Of a stretch of DNA of 64,000 bases, positions 48,125-58,551 are shown piece by piece. A program made the position numbers and the translations under genes. The DNA lies in NCBI GenBank assembly GCA_963848965.1, contig CAWKFG010000001.1, positions 480,001 through 544,000 of the forward strand, read 5' to 3'. The DNA comes from an uncultured bacterium (lineage in GTDB: Bacteria > Babelota > Babeliae > Babelales > Babelaceae). Numbering within the stretch: the first letter of the stretch is position 1; every line of letters begins with the position of its first letter. The notes beneath the pieces were generated by a model, which did not search any database, was not told the DNA's origin, and saw nothing but the letters and a program-made list of their open reading frames with translations.

Positions 48125-48454
48125 TTATCCTTCTGCTACAGTAAGAGCATCATCTATGTCATACAACTTAGCAAGCTGTTTGCCAAGTTCATGACGGGGA
48201 CTGAGACAAGTTTTGTCTGAATACTCTTGTGTAAATGGTTTTCCTAACTTTTGTTTTCGAATGGGAATTCCAAACGATCGTTCTATCTGTTTTTTAAGAC
48301 AGAGTACTGTATCTCCTGAATCAATTTCGGTTTCTACTGTTTGCCCAGTATGCTCATTTTTTATTTTGAGCACATATATTTGTATTGGTAAGGCCGATAA
48401 ACGAACGCGTGTTAATGCAAGCGGGAATTTGGCCAAAAAAAATCTACTGTTCAT
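48125..48454 (-). CDS. Ubiquitin-like (beta-grasp) domain protein
   Basis: IQIYV..TGQTVETEIDSGDTVLCLKKQIERSFGIPIRKQKL aligns by eye with ubiquitin residues 1-43; RBS AAGGGGG before ATG 48454. Confidence 0.75.
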   Translation of the reverse strand: MNSRFFLAKFPLALTRVRLSALPIQIYVLKIKNEHTGQTVETEIDSGDTVLCLKKQIERSFGIPIRKQKLGKPFTQEYSDKTCLSPRHELGKQLAKLYDIDDALTVAEG

Positions 48455-48748
48455 AGTGTGATTCCCCCTTCTAAAGAATATAAATGCACTATAAATCAAC
48501 GTAGACGCCAAAGCTTGAAGAACGAGAATAATATACTAGTTGTTTGGCGAACACTGCTTTAAAAAGTCCCTCCAGGTTAGTTAATTGGACATCTATATGG
48601 TACTGATAAAAAACATACTATAATAAATTTTCCAAGTCAATGTCAATAGTTTAAAAAAAATAAAATACTTAAATAGAAAATGTTGTTGCGATAAAAAAGT
48701 AAAGAAAAATGAGGATAAAATGATTATAAAAGTACAATCATTCAAATT

Positions 48749-49063
48749 CTATTTTTTTGTACTTGATCGGATTAAAAATTCCTGCTCTATCAAGTTATAT
48801 ATATGTGGTGAAAGGTGGTAGATATTTTTCTGAGTATCTGTATAAATACATGTTCCTTCTATGGCGGTTGTTGTTCTAAAGCATTGTATTGTTGAGGCAT
48901 TAGGAAATACTGCTAAATAGTAAGTAATATAAGCTGTTGGTGTTTGATATATTCTTACAAGAGTTTCAAGCGGAGGTATTGGCGTAGCCTTTTTTTCTTC
49001 TACTGGCTCCATGCTATACAATAAAAAAAAATTTGCAATACATAGGAAAATGCGTTTCACCAT
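48749..49063 (-). CDS. Small secreted hypothetical protein
   Basis: RBS GAGGAG, signal ending LYS-MEP. Confidence 0.65.
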   Translation of the reverse strand: MVKRIFLCIANFFLLYSMEPVEEKKATPIPPLETLVRIYQTPTAYITYYLAVFPNASTIQCFRTTTAIEGTCIYTDTQKNIYHLSPHIYNLIEQEFLIRSSTKK

Positions 49064-49316
49064 TGTGAGACTCCTCTTTATATTTTCTTTATTATAAAAA
49101 ACAATACAACCACAGGTCAAGATTGTATAATTAAAATTAGACTTTCATTTAAATGGCTTGCCATTATTATTTTCTTATAGTAAAATACGTTTTGTCTCTT
49201 TAAAATACTTTTAAGAGATGTTACATAAATTTTAAGAATTACAGTATACATGTACTATAATTGAATAGTTTAAAAATAATTTAAATTTATTATATTCGAG
49301 CATTGAGGAACATTGT

Positions 49317-52300
49317 ATGAGACAGTTTGTAGCGCTTCTGTTGCTTATGAGCGTATGTGTTGGTAACACCTTGTGTATGAAACGTGATAGAGAGGATGAG
49401 AAGCAGCATAAAAAGGTAAAAGAACCAAGAAGTAGTAAAAGTACAAAAGAAAACTCTAATTTAGAAAGAGAGCTTTTTAAGGCAATTGCTCAAAAGGATC
49501 ATACGTTAGTTCATAAGCTTATTAAGCAAGGGGTAAATATAAATACTCGAGGAACATATAAAACAACTCCTTTAATAGATGCAGTTAAAACTGGCGATAG
49601 TGAACTCGTGCGCCTTCTTCTTAGTGTAAACGCTCAGGTAAATGCTGAAGACAAGCACCTTGCTACTGCTTTAATGTATGCTGCTTATGCAGGAAATAAT
49701 GAAATTGTACGTATGCTTGCTGAAAAAAGCAAGCCTACTGAAAGTAACTCCAAAAGAGCCCTTATACTGGCATCTGCTTGTGGCCATTTAGAAATAGTAC
49801 AGTCTCTTATAGACCACGGTGTTCCTTTAGATGCTACCGAATTAGGTCAATTTTTAGGTACTTTTGTAAGCAAAGAAGATGGTGTAAAATTTAAAGGGAA
49901 CGTGTGTCCTTTAATTATTGCTTCATACTATGGTCACAGAACACTTGTTGAATGGTTCATAAAAAAAGATAAGTTCTCAATTAACACTAAATGCTATGGT
50001 CGTACCCCTTTAACAGCTGCTATAGAAGGAGGGCATAGAGACATTGTACTTATGCTCCTTAAACATGGTGCCAAAATTACTGTGGTAAAGACAGAGCATC
50101 CTCTTATTGTTGCTGTACAAAATAATCGTTATGACTGTGTAAAAGAACTTTTTGACCAAGGTCATTTTACTGCACAAACTATTGAGTATCGTACTAAAGA
50201 CGAACGAACTGCTCTTATGATTGCTGCTCAGTTAGGGTACGATAACATTATTGAGTTTCTTGTAGAAAAGTACATAATGCATGCAGTAAAATGTGAGGTC
50301 TACTATCAAGTGTTGTGTGGAGCTGTTGAAGGTGATCAAGAAGCGCTTGTGCATAAGTATATGCCATTACTGCTTGCTCTTGATGTAAAAGAAAGAACGA
50401 GAGGTATTTCTCGTGAGACGCCACTCATGCGTGCTGCTAAAATGGGTAAGGAGAAGATGGTAAAGCTGTTACTATCACTAGAAGCGTCATACTGGGACTG
50501 TAGATCAGCCTTAAGCCTTGCTCAAGACAGTGGACATAAGGAAGTAGCGGCACTTCTTGAAGGTGCTGTAAAGCGTAATACCGAAAGATACCAGCAGCTT
50601 TTAAATGCATGCTCACAAGGGGATGTGCCTCTTATAAAAGAGCTGTATCGTAAAGGAGAAGATATTTCTAATGAACCAGAAAAAAATCCTTTAATGCTTG
50701 CGGCTCAAGGTGGACATCGGGAAGCAGTATCGTTGCTTCTTGAGCATAGTACGTATAGAATAGAAGATGCTCTTCTATTAGCTGTGGAGGCTGGACATAC
50801 TGCGGTTGTAAAACTTTTGCTTGCAAAGGGCGCTCTTAATCCCGAGCGAGAATACCGTACTTTTTTTAGCAATGAGAAAAAAGTTACTCCACTTATGCGT
50901 GCAGTGGAATATGGATATACACATATTGTTGAGATGTTACTGAGTGCAGGGGCAGATATTTTTGCTCAAGATAAAGAAGGGCACAGCGCTTTAGCCTGGG
51001 CAAAGTTTAAAAACAACCATTCTATGGTAAGTATGCTTGAAGCAGAAATATGCTATAGAGAAGAATTATCCAAACGCTTTCTTCTAGCGTCAAGCTGTGG
51101 AAATGTAATTCAAGTGAAAGAGTTACTTGAGCAGCCTATAGATACTACCGTACAAGATGAAGAAGGTAGAACTGCTTTAGAGCTTGCTATTGTTAATAAT
51201 CACAAAGCAGTTGTTGAGCTTCTTATCGGATCACGAATGTACTCTCATGTCGACAAGGTTTTGGCTTTACAATATGCAGCCAAGACAAACGATAGTGCTC
51301 TCATAAAGTTTGTAGCAGATAAACTCGGTGAGCGACATATTTTAAGAGTAGACTTAAAGGCTCTTGAATGTGCTGCAATGCATGGAAATGAGAATGCTTT
51401 AAGTAGCCTTATAAACATGTATCTTCATGATTGCTATGGTCCTTCAAAAACAAAAAGGTTGAACGTTACTATAGCTACATTAGCAGGAGCTGCTCGAGGT
51501 AATAGAAGTATGCTTGTAAAGAAAACTTTAGGTAAATTAAAAAACTGGCCAGCCGATGGAAAGCGGTCGCTCCTTACTCTTGCTGCTGCAAATGGGTCAT
51601 TAGACATAGTAAAATTATTTATACAAAAAGGATGTCCTATAAATGAGCACGATGAAGAAGGGAGTAATGCGCTTATAGCAGCAGCACAAGGGGGCTTTAT
51701 AGAGCTTATGGAATTCTTGCTTGAGCAGGGTATTGATAATGCTCATGAAAATAAGCATGGTATATCTGCATTGGCATGTGCTGCAGGTACTGGTCAGAAG
51801 GATGCAATACAGATACTCCTCAAAAGAAGAGTTCCGATAACAAAAATGGCATTTCATCAAACAATAGCGCGAAATCATGAAGAGATTATAACTCTTCTCC
51901 TAGAAGCGAGTGAAGATAAACACTTTGCCCTTACTACCGCACTCTTTGAAGCTGTTATGTATGGTAGAACTACGTTGGTAGGATACTTAATAAAGCAGAT
52001 AGCACATTTAAATGTTAGAACAGAGAATAATAAGACACTTCTTATGGTTGCCATCGAATGCGATCATTGGGATATTGTAGAGCTTCTTATTGCATCAGGT
52101 GTAGATCTTTATGCCTGCGATGCACAAGGGCGTAGTGCCTTGCAGGTAGCGCAAGAAAAGGGAATGGAAGAAGCTTTTGAACGTATGTGTACTCATGCTT
52201 TACAAGGCAAAAATGAGATTTTACAAAGATTATTTAAAGCTGTTAGTGAGAATGATAAACCTTTGTTAGAAGAACTTTTAAAGAGTAAAGCTCACGTTTC

Positions 52301-54275
52301 AATGGTTGATGAGCGGGGTAGGACGCTCTTAATTGTTGCAGCTCAAATGGGCAATAGAGATTTAGTAGAGCTCTTATTGCGCTATAGAGCGGATGTTAAC
52401 GCATGTGATAAAGATCAAGGTACAGCGTTGACGCATGCTGCTGCTTTAGGGCATGAGGAAATCGTAAAACTTCTTATGAAGGAACCGCTTTCGCACAGTC
52501 AATTCGCTAATGCAATGCAAAAGGCTGCCCACAATGGTCATGATACCATTGTGCTTCTTTTACTTTCAGAAAGTTCATCAGATAGAAATGAGGCTCTTAC
52601 AAATGCATTACACGCTGCTGCGCTAGGAGGTAGAAATGGCTTAGTGTCTCGCTTACTGGATGCTGGTGCTACTATCAATGCTCGAAGCTCTCTAGAACAG
52701 ACTCCTTTAATGTGGGCAGCATGGGCAGGGCATAAGGAACTAGTACAGACTCTATTAACTGCTGGTGCAGATGTTACAGCTCAGGATACTGCAAAACAGG
52801 ATGCTTTAGAATATGCTAAAAAAATGGAACGTACAGATGTAGTAAATCTCCTGCAAGAAGCTCTTTCTGATAAAGAAACATTGCAAAAGAATTTCATGCA
52901 AGCATGTATTCGTGGTGATAGTTCCTCAGTAAGAACATTAGTTAAGCAGGGTGTAACTATTAATTATCAAAATCAAGGTAGAGTTACTGCTTTAATGCAT
53001 GCAGCACATAAAGGACATGCAGATATTGTATACTATTTACTTGAACAAGGTGCTCAAGTGACCCTACAGGATATCTACAAAAGGACTGCTTTAGCATATG
53101 CTGTACTTAAAAACCATAAAGAGATTGCAGAACGTTTGTTGCAAGCTTCAACTAATGAACAGGAAGATCTTAATGAAAGCATAAAGCTTGCAACTGAAAA
53201 CAGCTCATATGAAATGCTTCTATTCCTTATGGAGAAAAGTGAAGACAAGACTAAGGCTTTTAGTCTTGCTTTAACAGGAAGCAGTACAAAAGGTAGATAT
53301 GAGATAGTAGAGAAATTGCTAGACGCAGGAGGGGATATTCTTAAGGAAAAATTGCATGCAATTGCTTCTATTGCGCTAAAAGAAGCTGCTGGTAATGGTC
53401 ATACAAACATTATTAAACTCTTGCTAAGCAGGGGAGCATTACTACGTGTTCCAGGGCAGTTTCATTTGCCACCTGCATTGCAACTGGCAGCTGAAAATGG
53501 ACATCTTGAGGCATTTACATTTCTTGTTGGATTGCATAGTAACACTCTATCTCTCACAGAATTATATAAAAAGATACCTTCTATTATGGGTAATTGTATT
53601 GCAAAAACATATACAACAGGTCCTTCTGCTTTTTTTGCGTCTCTAAAGAAGAACTATTATGATGAAATACTCTTACTTGCAAGACTTCTAAATTCAGCGG
53701 AGATAGTGGCATATCTTAAAGATCCTACTACTGTGAGTAATGAATATATAAGAATATATAAAGAGATTGGCGTTTATACTCGTACTCAATTATCTAGACA
53801 AACGCTGCTTATGTGGGCTTGTATGTTTGGTCATAAAGAAGTTGTAAAGAACCTTTTGGCTGCAGGATTGCCAGCCACTGTTATTAATACTCGAGATATA
53901 TTTGGTCGTACGGCACTCATGTATGCTCTTTTCTACGGTCATAAAGATTGTGCTCTTGCTCTTCTAGACTATTACGCTAAAGAAGCAGAGCTTATACAGG
54001 CTTCATATAAAGAAGATAATGATGCTCGCAATAAAGCTTTTATGACTTTAGGTATCAACCTCACAGATAACAAAGGTGAGACAGCGCTCTTTTATGCAGT
54101 ATTACAAGGAGATCTTGCTCTTGTTAACAAGCTTCTGGTAATGGGAGCACGGCTTTCAACAGATAAAAGAAAAGTTGCTCTTGCTCTTAAAATAGCAGCA
54201 GAGCATGGTTGGAAAGAGCTTTTGATACGATTACTCTTTAAGTGTAAGAATCTACCGCCTCTTTTTAATGCCTAG
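49317..54275 (+). CDS. Giant ankyrin-repeat protein (1652 aa) with signal peptide
   Basis: Ankyrin repeats over almost the whole length; TLC-MKR followed by a basic patch. Confidence 0.93.
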   Translation: MRQFVALLLLMSVCVGNTLCMKRDREDEKQHKKVKEPRSSKSTKENSNLERELFKAIAQKDHTLVHKLIKQGVNINTRGTYKTTPLIDAVKTGDSELVRLLLSVNAQVNAEDKHLATALMYAAYAGNNEIVRMLAEKSKPTESNSKRALILASACGHLEIVQSLIDHGVPLDATELGQFLGTFVSKEDGVKFKGNVCPLIIASYYGHRTLVEWFIKKDKFSINTKCYGRTPLTAAIEGGHRDIVLMLLKHGAKITVVKTEHPLIVAVQNNRYDCVKELFDQGHFTAQTIEYRTKDERTALMIAAQLGYDNIIEFLVEKYIMHAVKCEVYYQVLCGAVEGDQEALVHKYMPLLLALDVKERTRGISRETPLMRAAKMGKEKMVKLLLSLEASYWDCRSALSLAQDSGHKEVAALLEGAVKRNTERYQQLLNACSQGDVPLIKELYRKGEDISNEPEKNPLMLAAQGGHREAVSLLLEHSTYRIEDALLLAVEAGHTAVVKLLLAKGALNPEREYRTFFSNEKKVTPLMRAVEYGYTHIVEMLLSAGADIFAQDKEGHSALAWAKFKNNHSMVSMLEAEICYREELSKRFLLASSCGNVIQVKELLEQPIDTTVQDEEGRTALELAIVNNHKAVVELLIGSRMYSHVDKVLALQYAAKTNDSALIKFVADKLGERHILRVDLKALECAAMHGNENALSSLINMYLHDCYGPSKTKRLNVTIATLAGAARGNRSMLVKKTLGKLKNWPADGKRSLLTLAAANGSLDIVKLFIQKGCPINEHDEEGSNALIAAAQGGFIELMEFLLEQGIDNAHENKHGISALACAAGTGQKDAIQILLKRRVPITKMAFHQTIARNHEEIITLLLEASEDKHFALTTALFEAVMYGRTTLVGYLIKQIAHLNVRTENNKTLLMVAIECDHWDIVELLIASGVDLYACDAQGRSALQVAQEKGMEEAFERMCTHALQGKNEILQRLFKAVSENDKPLLEELLKSKAHVSMVDERGRTLLIVAAQMGNRDLVELLLRYRADVNACDKDQGTALTHAAALGHEEIVKLLMKEPLSHSQFANAMQKAAHNGHDTIVLLLLSESSSDRNEALTNALHAAALGGRNGLVSRLLDAGATINARSSLEQTPLMWAAWAGHKELVQTLLTAGADVTAQDTAKQDALEYAKKMERTDVVNLLQEALSDKETLQKNFMQACIRGDSSSVRTLVKQGVTINYQNQGRVTALMHAAHKGHADIVYYLLEQGAQVTLQDIYKRTALAYAVLKNHKEIAERLLQASTNEQEDLNESIKLATENSSYEMLLFLMEKSEDKTKAFSLALTGSSTKGRYEIVEKLLDAGGDILKEKLHAIASIALKEAAGNGHTNIIKLLLSRGALLRVPGQFHLPPALQLAAENGHLEAFTFLVGLHSNTLSLTELYKKIPSIMGNCIAKTYTTGPSAFFASLKKNYYDEILLLARLLNSAEIVAYLKDPTTVSNEYIRIYKEIGVYTRTQLSRQTLLMWACMFGHKEVVKNLLAAGLPATVINTRDIFGRTALMYALFYGHKDCALALLDYYAKEAELIQASYKEDNDARNKAFMTLGINLTDNKGETALFYAVLQGDLALVNKLLVMGARLSTDKRKVALALKIAAEHGWKELLIRLLFKCKNLPPLFNA

Positions 54276-54276
54276 A

Positions 54277-55032
54277 TTAAAAAGGAAGTTCTGTAGTATA
54301 TGCTTCAATCTCATCTTTGAGTTGTAGGTTTGTGCTACAGAGCTTGTCTAGAATTTCTTTACCTACAGGAATTGGATACATAGCTTTTACAAGAGCTTCT
54401 TTTGCATAATTATTCCAGCGAGAAAGAGCAGAACCATTACGAGCAATTTCTTTTGAGGTAATGTGTGTTGCAAGAGAAGAGAGGAATGTTTTTTCATAAG
54501 AAGAGAGGCTTGGTTTATTGATAATAATTTTTACAAGAGTTATATAACGGTCAATCAAGGTTGTATCTACTGTTCTTGTATAGGTATTTGGTTCAAAAGT
54601 ACGTGTAACGCGCTGTTCAAAAGAAGGATAATTTTCTGCTAGAAGTGTTTCTACTTTCTCTAAAAATGAGAGCGGTACTTTTTGGGACCATTCGTGCCAC
54701 TGCTCGATAATGATTTTACCGTATCCATTATCATTAAGACCAATGGCATAGGCATATAATGGAGCTAAAAGAGGTATATCAAAGAGTGATAGCTCATGAG
54801 TAAAAGAGACCACTTTTAGCTCATTGTTATCAGGATATATAACAATATCTTTTGAAAGAGGTATAACATCGCCTATTACTGGCCTGCGTTGTGCACAATG
54901 CACTGTGAATGTAGGAATAAAATGATGCTGTTGCAGATCCTTAATACATTCGTTATCTTCTGGTCTTTCTTGTGCATATGCAGGAGAAAGTAAAGCTACA
55001 GATAAAAATAAATAAATATCATGTATATTCAT
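54277..55032 (-). CDS. Secreted hypothetical protein
   Basis: Signal ending AYA; no recognised motif. Confidence 0.65.
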   Translation of the reverse strand: MNIHDIYLFLSVALLSPAYAQERPEDNECIKDLQQHHFIPTFTVHCAQRRPVIGDVIPLSKDIVIYPDNNELKVVSFTHELSLFDIPLLAPLYAYAIGLNDNGYGKIIIEQWHEWSQKVPLSFLEKVETLLAENYPSFEQRVTRTFEPNTYTRTVDTTLIDRYITLVKIIINKPSLSSYEKTFLSSLATHITSKEIARNGSALSRWNNYAKEALVKAMYPIPVGKEILDKLCSTNLQLKDEIEAYTTELPF

Positions 55033-55046
55033 AGTCTTTCTTCGGT

Positions 55047-55089
55047 TATGCAGTTACCATTCTCTTTTTAGAGTGACGGTAACTGCATA
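55047..55089. terminator. Long intergenic hairpin
   Basis: TATGCAGTTACC...GGTAACTGCATA. Confidence 0.65.
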
Positions 55090-55103
55090 CTTTGTCAACA
55101 GCT

Positions 55104-57341
55104 TTATCTTCTTTTAGCATGTGGTGCCTGTGCAAGTGCTTGAGGTGCTTGCGCTTTTGCTTGTAATTCAACACCAAATGCTTGATTAATATTTTTAAAG
55201 TATTCGTGAATACCTTTTATATAATTTCTATACAGACCAAGATCACCTGATACTGCTGTATCATCTACAGGTATATCTTTATCAGCTTGATCTTTGTTGC
55301 CGTTATCTTTTTGATCTTTGCCCTTTTGCCAGAGCTGTACTTCTGGTTTATCAAGTCCCCAGCGTGTCAACTTTGCCTTATTTATCGGCTTCATCCCTTT
55401 ATTGTGTCTTTCTGTAAGGTTTAGAAGCGGATAAATTTGGTTATGCCATTCTTCTATCCGGGCTTTGTATCTGTCATATACATGCTCTTTCCACATCTTT
55501 TGCAGAGCTGCAGGTAACTTTCCTTGAGGTCCGGGAGCAAGCTTTTGAAGCTTGTCATGCAATTCTCCTAATTTATTCTGCTCAAAGAACTGTTTGAACT
55601 GCTCTAATGCAGTAATTTCTTTAAGAAATGCTTGGTTAGATTGAGCCATATTCTGTGCTTGTTGAGCGCCATTTGCCTGAGGTGTACGTGTAGGAATCGC
55701 AGGAGTCGCTGAAGTAAGAGCTGTATCGAGATTTGCAAGAATGTGCTTTAATTCAACTTTCTCTACTTCTGGTTTACTGTCCTGTTGCTGATCATCTGTA
55801 AGATTGTTGGCTTTCGTAGGCGCTTGAGCTACTTCAATAGTATTTGATGTTCCTGATAAAAGCTCTTCAATAGAACTGATTAAAGCGGCCTTTTCAGCAT
55901 CTTTATCAGAAAGCTGCTTTGCTGCTTTATCTTTTTTAGAAGCTTTTGCTGCTTTATCCTTCTCATCCTTTGCTTTGTCTTTACCTTTTGGTTTCGTTTT
56001 TGATGATTTTGAAGGTTTTGCAGGTGTTGATTCGCTCATAGGTTTTTGTGCAAAAGGTTCTTGTTTATTGAAGCTATTGTTATAGGGTCGTGGATGCTGC
56101 GTACGATAGCTTTCTTGTGCCATATGATGGTAAAACGGATCATAAGGCCCTTCATGATAGCTTGGTGCACGAGGAGCCTGAGCAACGCGTATTGGTTGCT
56201 TTGAGCGCTCATACACTTTCTTTTCAATCTCAAGCTGCTGCTTTGCTTGTGCAAGTTCTTGTGGTTTATGCTTTTCAAGCAACTGATGTATATCTCCCAA
56301 GATATTATGTGGATAGAGGGCTGTTGTGAGAGCGTCTAGAACCTTATTAAACGCTGCAGTTGAAGATTTTTCAAGCCGATTTGCTCGTTCAATCTTATCT
56401 TGCAAAGTGCGATCAACAACTGCACGCTGTTGCGGATCCTTTAATGAATCGTAAGCATCTTGAATAAAGCTGAATGTAAGACGTGCTTCTTTAAGCCGTT
56501 TTTTGCGAGCTCTTTCGTCACTTATTCCTTCAGCCTTTAATTGCTTTTCAATCGCTGTTGGATGTTTTTCTGCTTTGAGTGTATTGTATGCTGCTTTTAT
56601 CTCATCTTCAGTGGCGGTATATGGTATACCAAGTAGCTCATAAGGATCCTCTTCATCGCCCGTACCTGCTTCTTGAGGAGCTATACCAGGCTCATAGGTT
56701 GCAATAGTAGAATGAAGTGTTTCAAGATTCTTATAGAGCTTTGCAAAGTCTTTACTAGTTAAATACGGGAGTAGCTCTTCTCTTGAAAGGATATTTAAGA
56801 AGTATACAAGTTCAGTTAGCTCTTGGCGAAGTCGCGTTTCTAATTTATGTGCAAGAGCAGGATAGCTGCTTGCCTTTTGTCGCAACGAACCAAGATGTTG
56901 TAAAAGCTCTTTAAGTAAGGTCTTAGCATTTGTAGGGCTTGTTACCTGTACTAACTGAGGAGTTGCTGGTTTAGCCTTAGGAGCGGCTACTTTTTCTGGG
57001 ACTTTTATTTGTGGTTTTTCTGGTTGTGCTGATGGAGCTGGTGGTGTTTGTGTTTCCATCCATTTGGCTACATCGTCAAAATTGTTTGGATCAAGTCCCT
57101 TATCGCGCATCTGCTGTTCCATCTCTTGGCCAAGCTTTTTTAAAAAATCTTGGTCTTGGGGTGGGAGGTTATTAAGAGCGTCGATAAATTGTTTAAATTC
57201 TTGCGCTTCCGATTCACTTAAATTAAGAGAGCTTAAATCTGTATCATTAAGTTGAAACAATTGCTGTTCTGCTCTTGTTATAAGGAATATGGGGAAGCAA
57301 GAAAAAATCAATGAGATAAAAATTTTTTTAAAGTACTTCAT
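55104..57341 (-). CDS. Secreted protein with internal J-domain (HPT in place of HPD)
   Basis: DPYELLGIPYTATEDEIKAAY....KHPT...FSFIQDAYDSLKDPQQR; signal peptide from ATG 57341. Confidence 0.82.
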   Translation of the reverse strand: MKYFKKIFISLIFSCFPIFLITRAEQQLFQLNDTDLSSLNLSESEAQEFKQFIDALNNLPPQDQDFLKKLGQEMEQQMRDKGLDPNNFDDVAKWMETQTPPAPSAQPEKPQIKVPEKVAAPKAKPATPQLVQVTSPTNAKTLLKELLQHLGSLRQKASSYPALAHKLETRLRQELTELVYFLNILSREELLPYLTSKDFAKLYKNLETLHSTIATYEPGIAPQEAGTGDEEDPYELLGIPYTATEDEIKAAYNTLKAEKHPTAIEKQLKAEGISDERARKKRLKEARLTFSFIQDAYDSLKDPQQRAVVDRTLQDKIERANRLEKSSTAAFNKVLDALTTALYPHNILGDIHQLLEKHKPQELAQAKQQLEIEKKVYERSKQPIRVAQAPRAPSYHEGPYDPFYHHMAQESYRTQHPRPYNNSFNKQEPFAQKPMSESTPAKPSKSSKTKPKGKDKAKDEKDKAAKASKKDKAAKQLSDKDAEKAALISSIEELLSGTSNTIEVAQAPTKANNLTDDQQQDSKPEVEKVELKHILANLDTALTSATPAIPTRTPQANGAQQAQNMAQSNQAFLKEITALEQFKQFFEQNKLGELHDKLQKLAPGPQGKLPAALQKMWKEHVYDRYKARIEEWHNQIYPLLNLTERHNKGMKPINKAKLTRWGLDKPEVQLWQKGKDQKDNGNKDQADKDIPVDDTAVSGDLGLYRNYIKGIHEYFKNINQAFGVELQAKAQAPQALAQAPHAKRR

Positions 57342-57429
57342 AATATGCTTCCTTATATGGTATTGATACTCTGTGACCTTTTTTGGAGTCAAATATGTCT
57401 ATTTTTAATTTTAGTTTAATTGGAGGCTA

Positions 57430-57792
57430 ATGTCAATGGCCCTGGTACTGATAAAGCAGAGAGGTTTCTTGTTATTTGAAGCATGTATAAGCCTCTTATT
57501 AGTTGCGTTATGTGCTACAATTCTGTCAATGTGGTATAGTCACTTTATAGAAGAGCATACGTCTATAAAAAAGCGAGTTCATGCATTACTCTATGCAAGT
57601 TCTCTTCTTGAGTATATAAGGGTATATAAGGCGATTCCTAAGCATCAAAAGCATAAAGATTATTCAGTACAATGGAATGTTGTGCCCGATACAACTATAC
57701 CTTCTTTTAAACATATAACAGTAACTGTTACGTGGGCGGGGCGAAGAAAGAATTCTCGTGTGCACTTGAGTACAGGAGCTGTTATACTATGA
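57430..57792 (+). CDS. Prepilin-type N-terminal cleavage protein (GspI/PilV-like)
   Basis: QRG-FLLFEACISLLLV; C-terminal HITVTVTW. Confidence 0.75.
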   Translation: MSMALVLIKQRGFLLFEACISLLLVALCATILSMWYSHFIEEHTSIKKRVHALLYASSLLEYIRVYKAIPKHQKHKDYSVQWNVVPDTTIPSFKHITVTVTWAGRRKNSRVHLSTGAVIL

Positions 57793-58274
57793 AACCAGGA
57801 TTTACCCTTTTAGAGTCTCTTGTGTATCTTTTGTTAACTACTCTTATAGCAGGGTTGTCTTTGCATATTGGTGCTCTTTTTTATCATACAATTGCTATGC
57901 ACCTAGAAGATAGTTCGGTAGAGGTTTTGTCTTTACTTGCATTACAAAGCTTTAAAAAAGATATCCAAAGAGCTTGTAAAGAAGAAGCATCATGGAAGTG
58001 TATAAAGGGATCCATGATTGTATTTTCAGATGGAGTAACTGACTATGGCTGGGCACACGAAGATGGGTGTTTACTAAGGTACCAAGGAGTTTTTCGAATT
58101 AAAGCACAAAACTGGAAACGCTCTACAAAGAGTAAAGTGCTGTCTCAGGTATGTAGTGTTCGCTTTAAAGTGTATAAACAAGAGTATATTCAAGGTGTTG
58201 AAATAGAGCTTTTGTTAAAAGATTCATCGATACCGCTGCACTTATTTTTAGCAGTAAAGGCAGAGTCTTTATGA
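57789..58274 (+). CDS. Prepilin-type N-terminal cleavage protein (GspJ/PilW-like)
   Basis: MKPG-FTLLESLVYLLL; ATGA overlap with upstream stop. Confidence 0.8.
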   Translation: MKPGFTLLESLVYLLLTTLIAGLSLHIGALFYHTIAMHLEDSSVEVLSLLALQSFKKDIQRACKEEASWKCIKGSMIVFSDGVTDYGWAHEDGCLLRYQGVFRIKAQNWKRSTKSKVLSQVCSVRFKVYKQEYIQGVEIELLLKDSSIPLHLFLAVKAESL

Positions 58275-58465
58275 ATATGATAGGAATTTTAATTGGTATT
58301 ACTATTGTGACTATATATCTTACTGTTCTTGTTGAACGTACATACTATCTTCACGAAACAGTTCAAGCTTGGGAGTGCAGCATAAAGGAATCTTATCAAA
58401 GAGAGGGCTCTTTGTGTTATAATGCTGAAACTCAGGCTTTGAGAAAAAAGCAAGAAGATGGTTGA
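58271..58465 (+). CDS. Small N-terminally anchored protein, third gene of the pilin-like operon
   Basis: Hydrophobic N-terminus, ATGA overlap. Confidence 0.55.
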   Translation: MNMIGILIGITIVTIYLTVLVERTYYLHETVQAWECSIKESYQREGSLCYNAETQALRKKQEDG

Positions 58466-58479
58466 CACCCAGCTTTAAC

Positions 58480-58507
58480 ATAAGAGCTCTTTGTAGAGAG
58501 CTCTTAT
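58480..58507. terminator. Bidirectional terminator
   Basis: ATAAGAGCTCT-TTGTAG-AGAGCTCTTAT. Confidence 0.75.
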
Positions 58508-58551
58508 TATTTTATAAATGGGTAGAAAAATTTGAGGAATTTATAAGAAGA

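Noticed and set aside
48686..48704. TTGCGATAAAAAAG as target of the putative omega-RNA guide
   Set aside because: Mismatch in the first few guide positions and mostly an A run; expected by chance in AT-rich DNA
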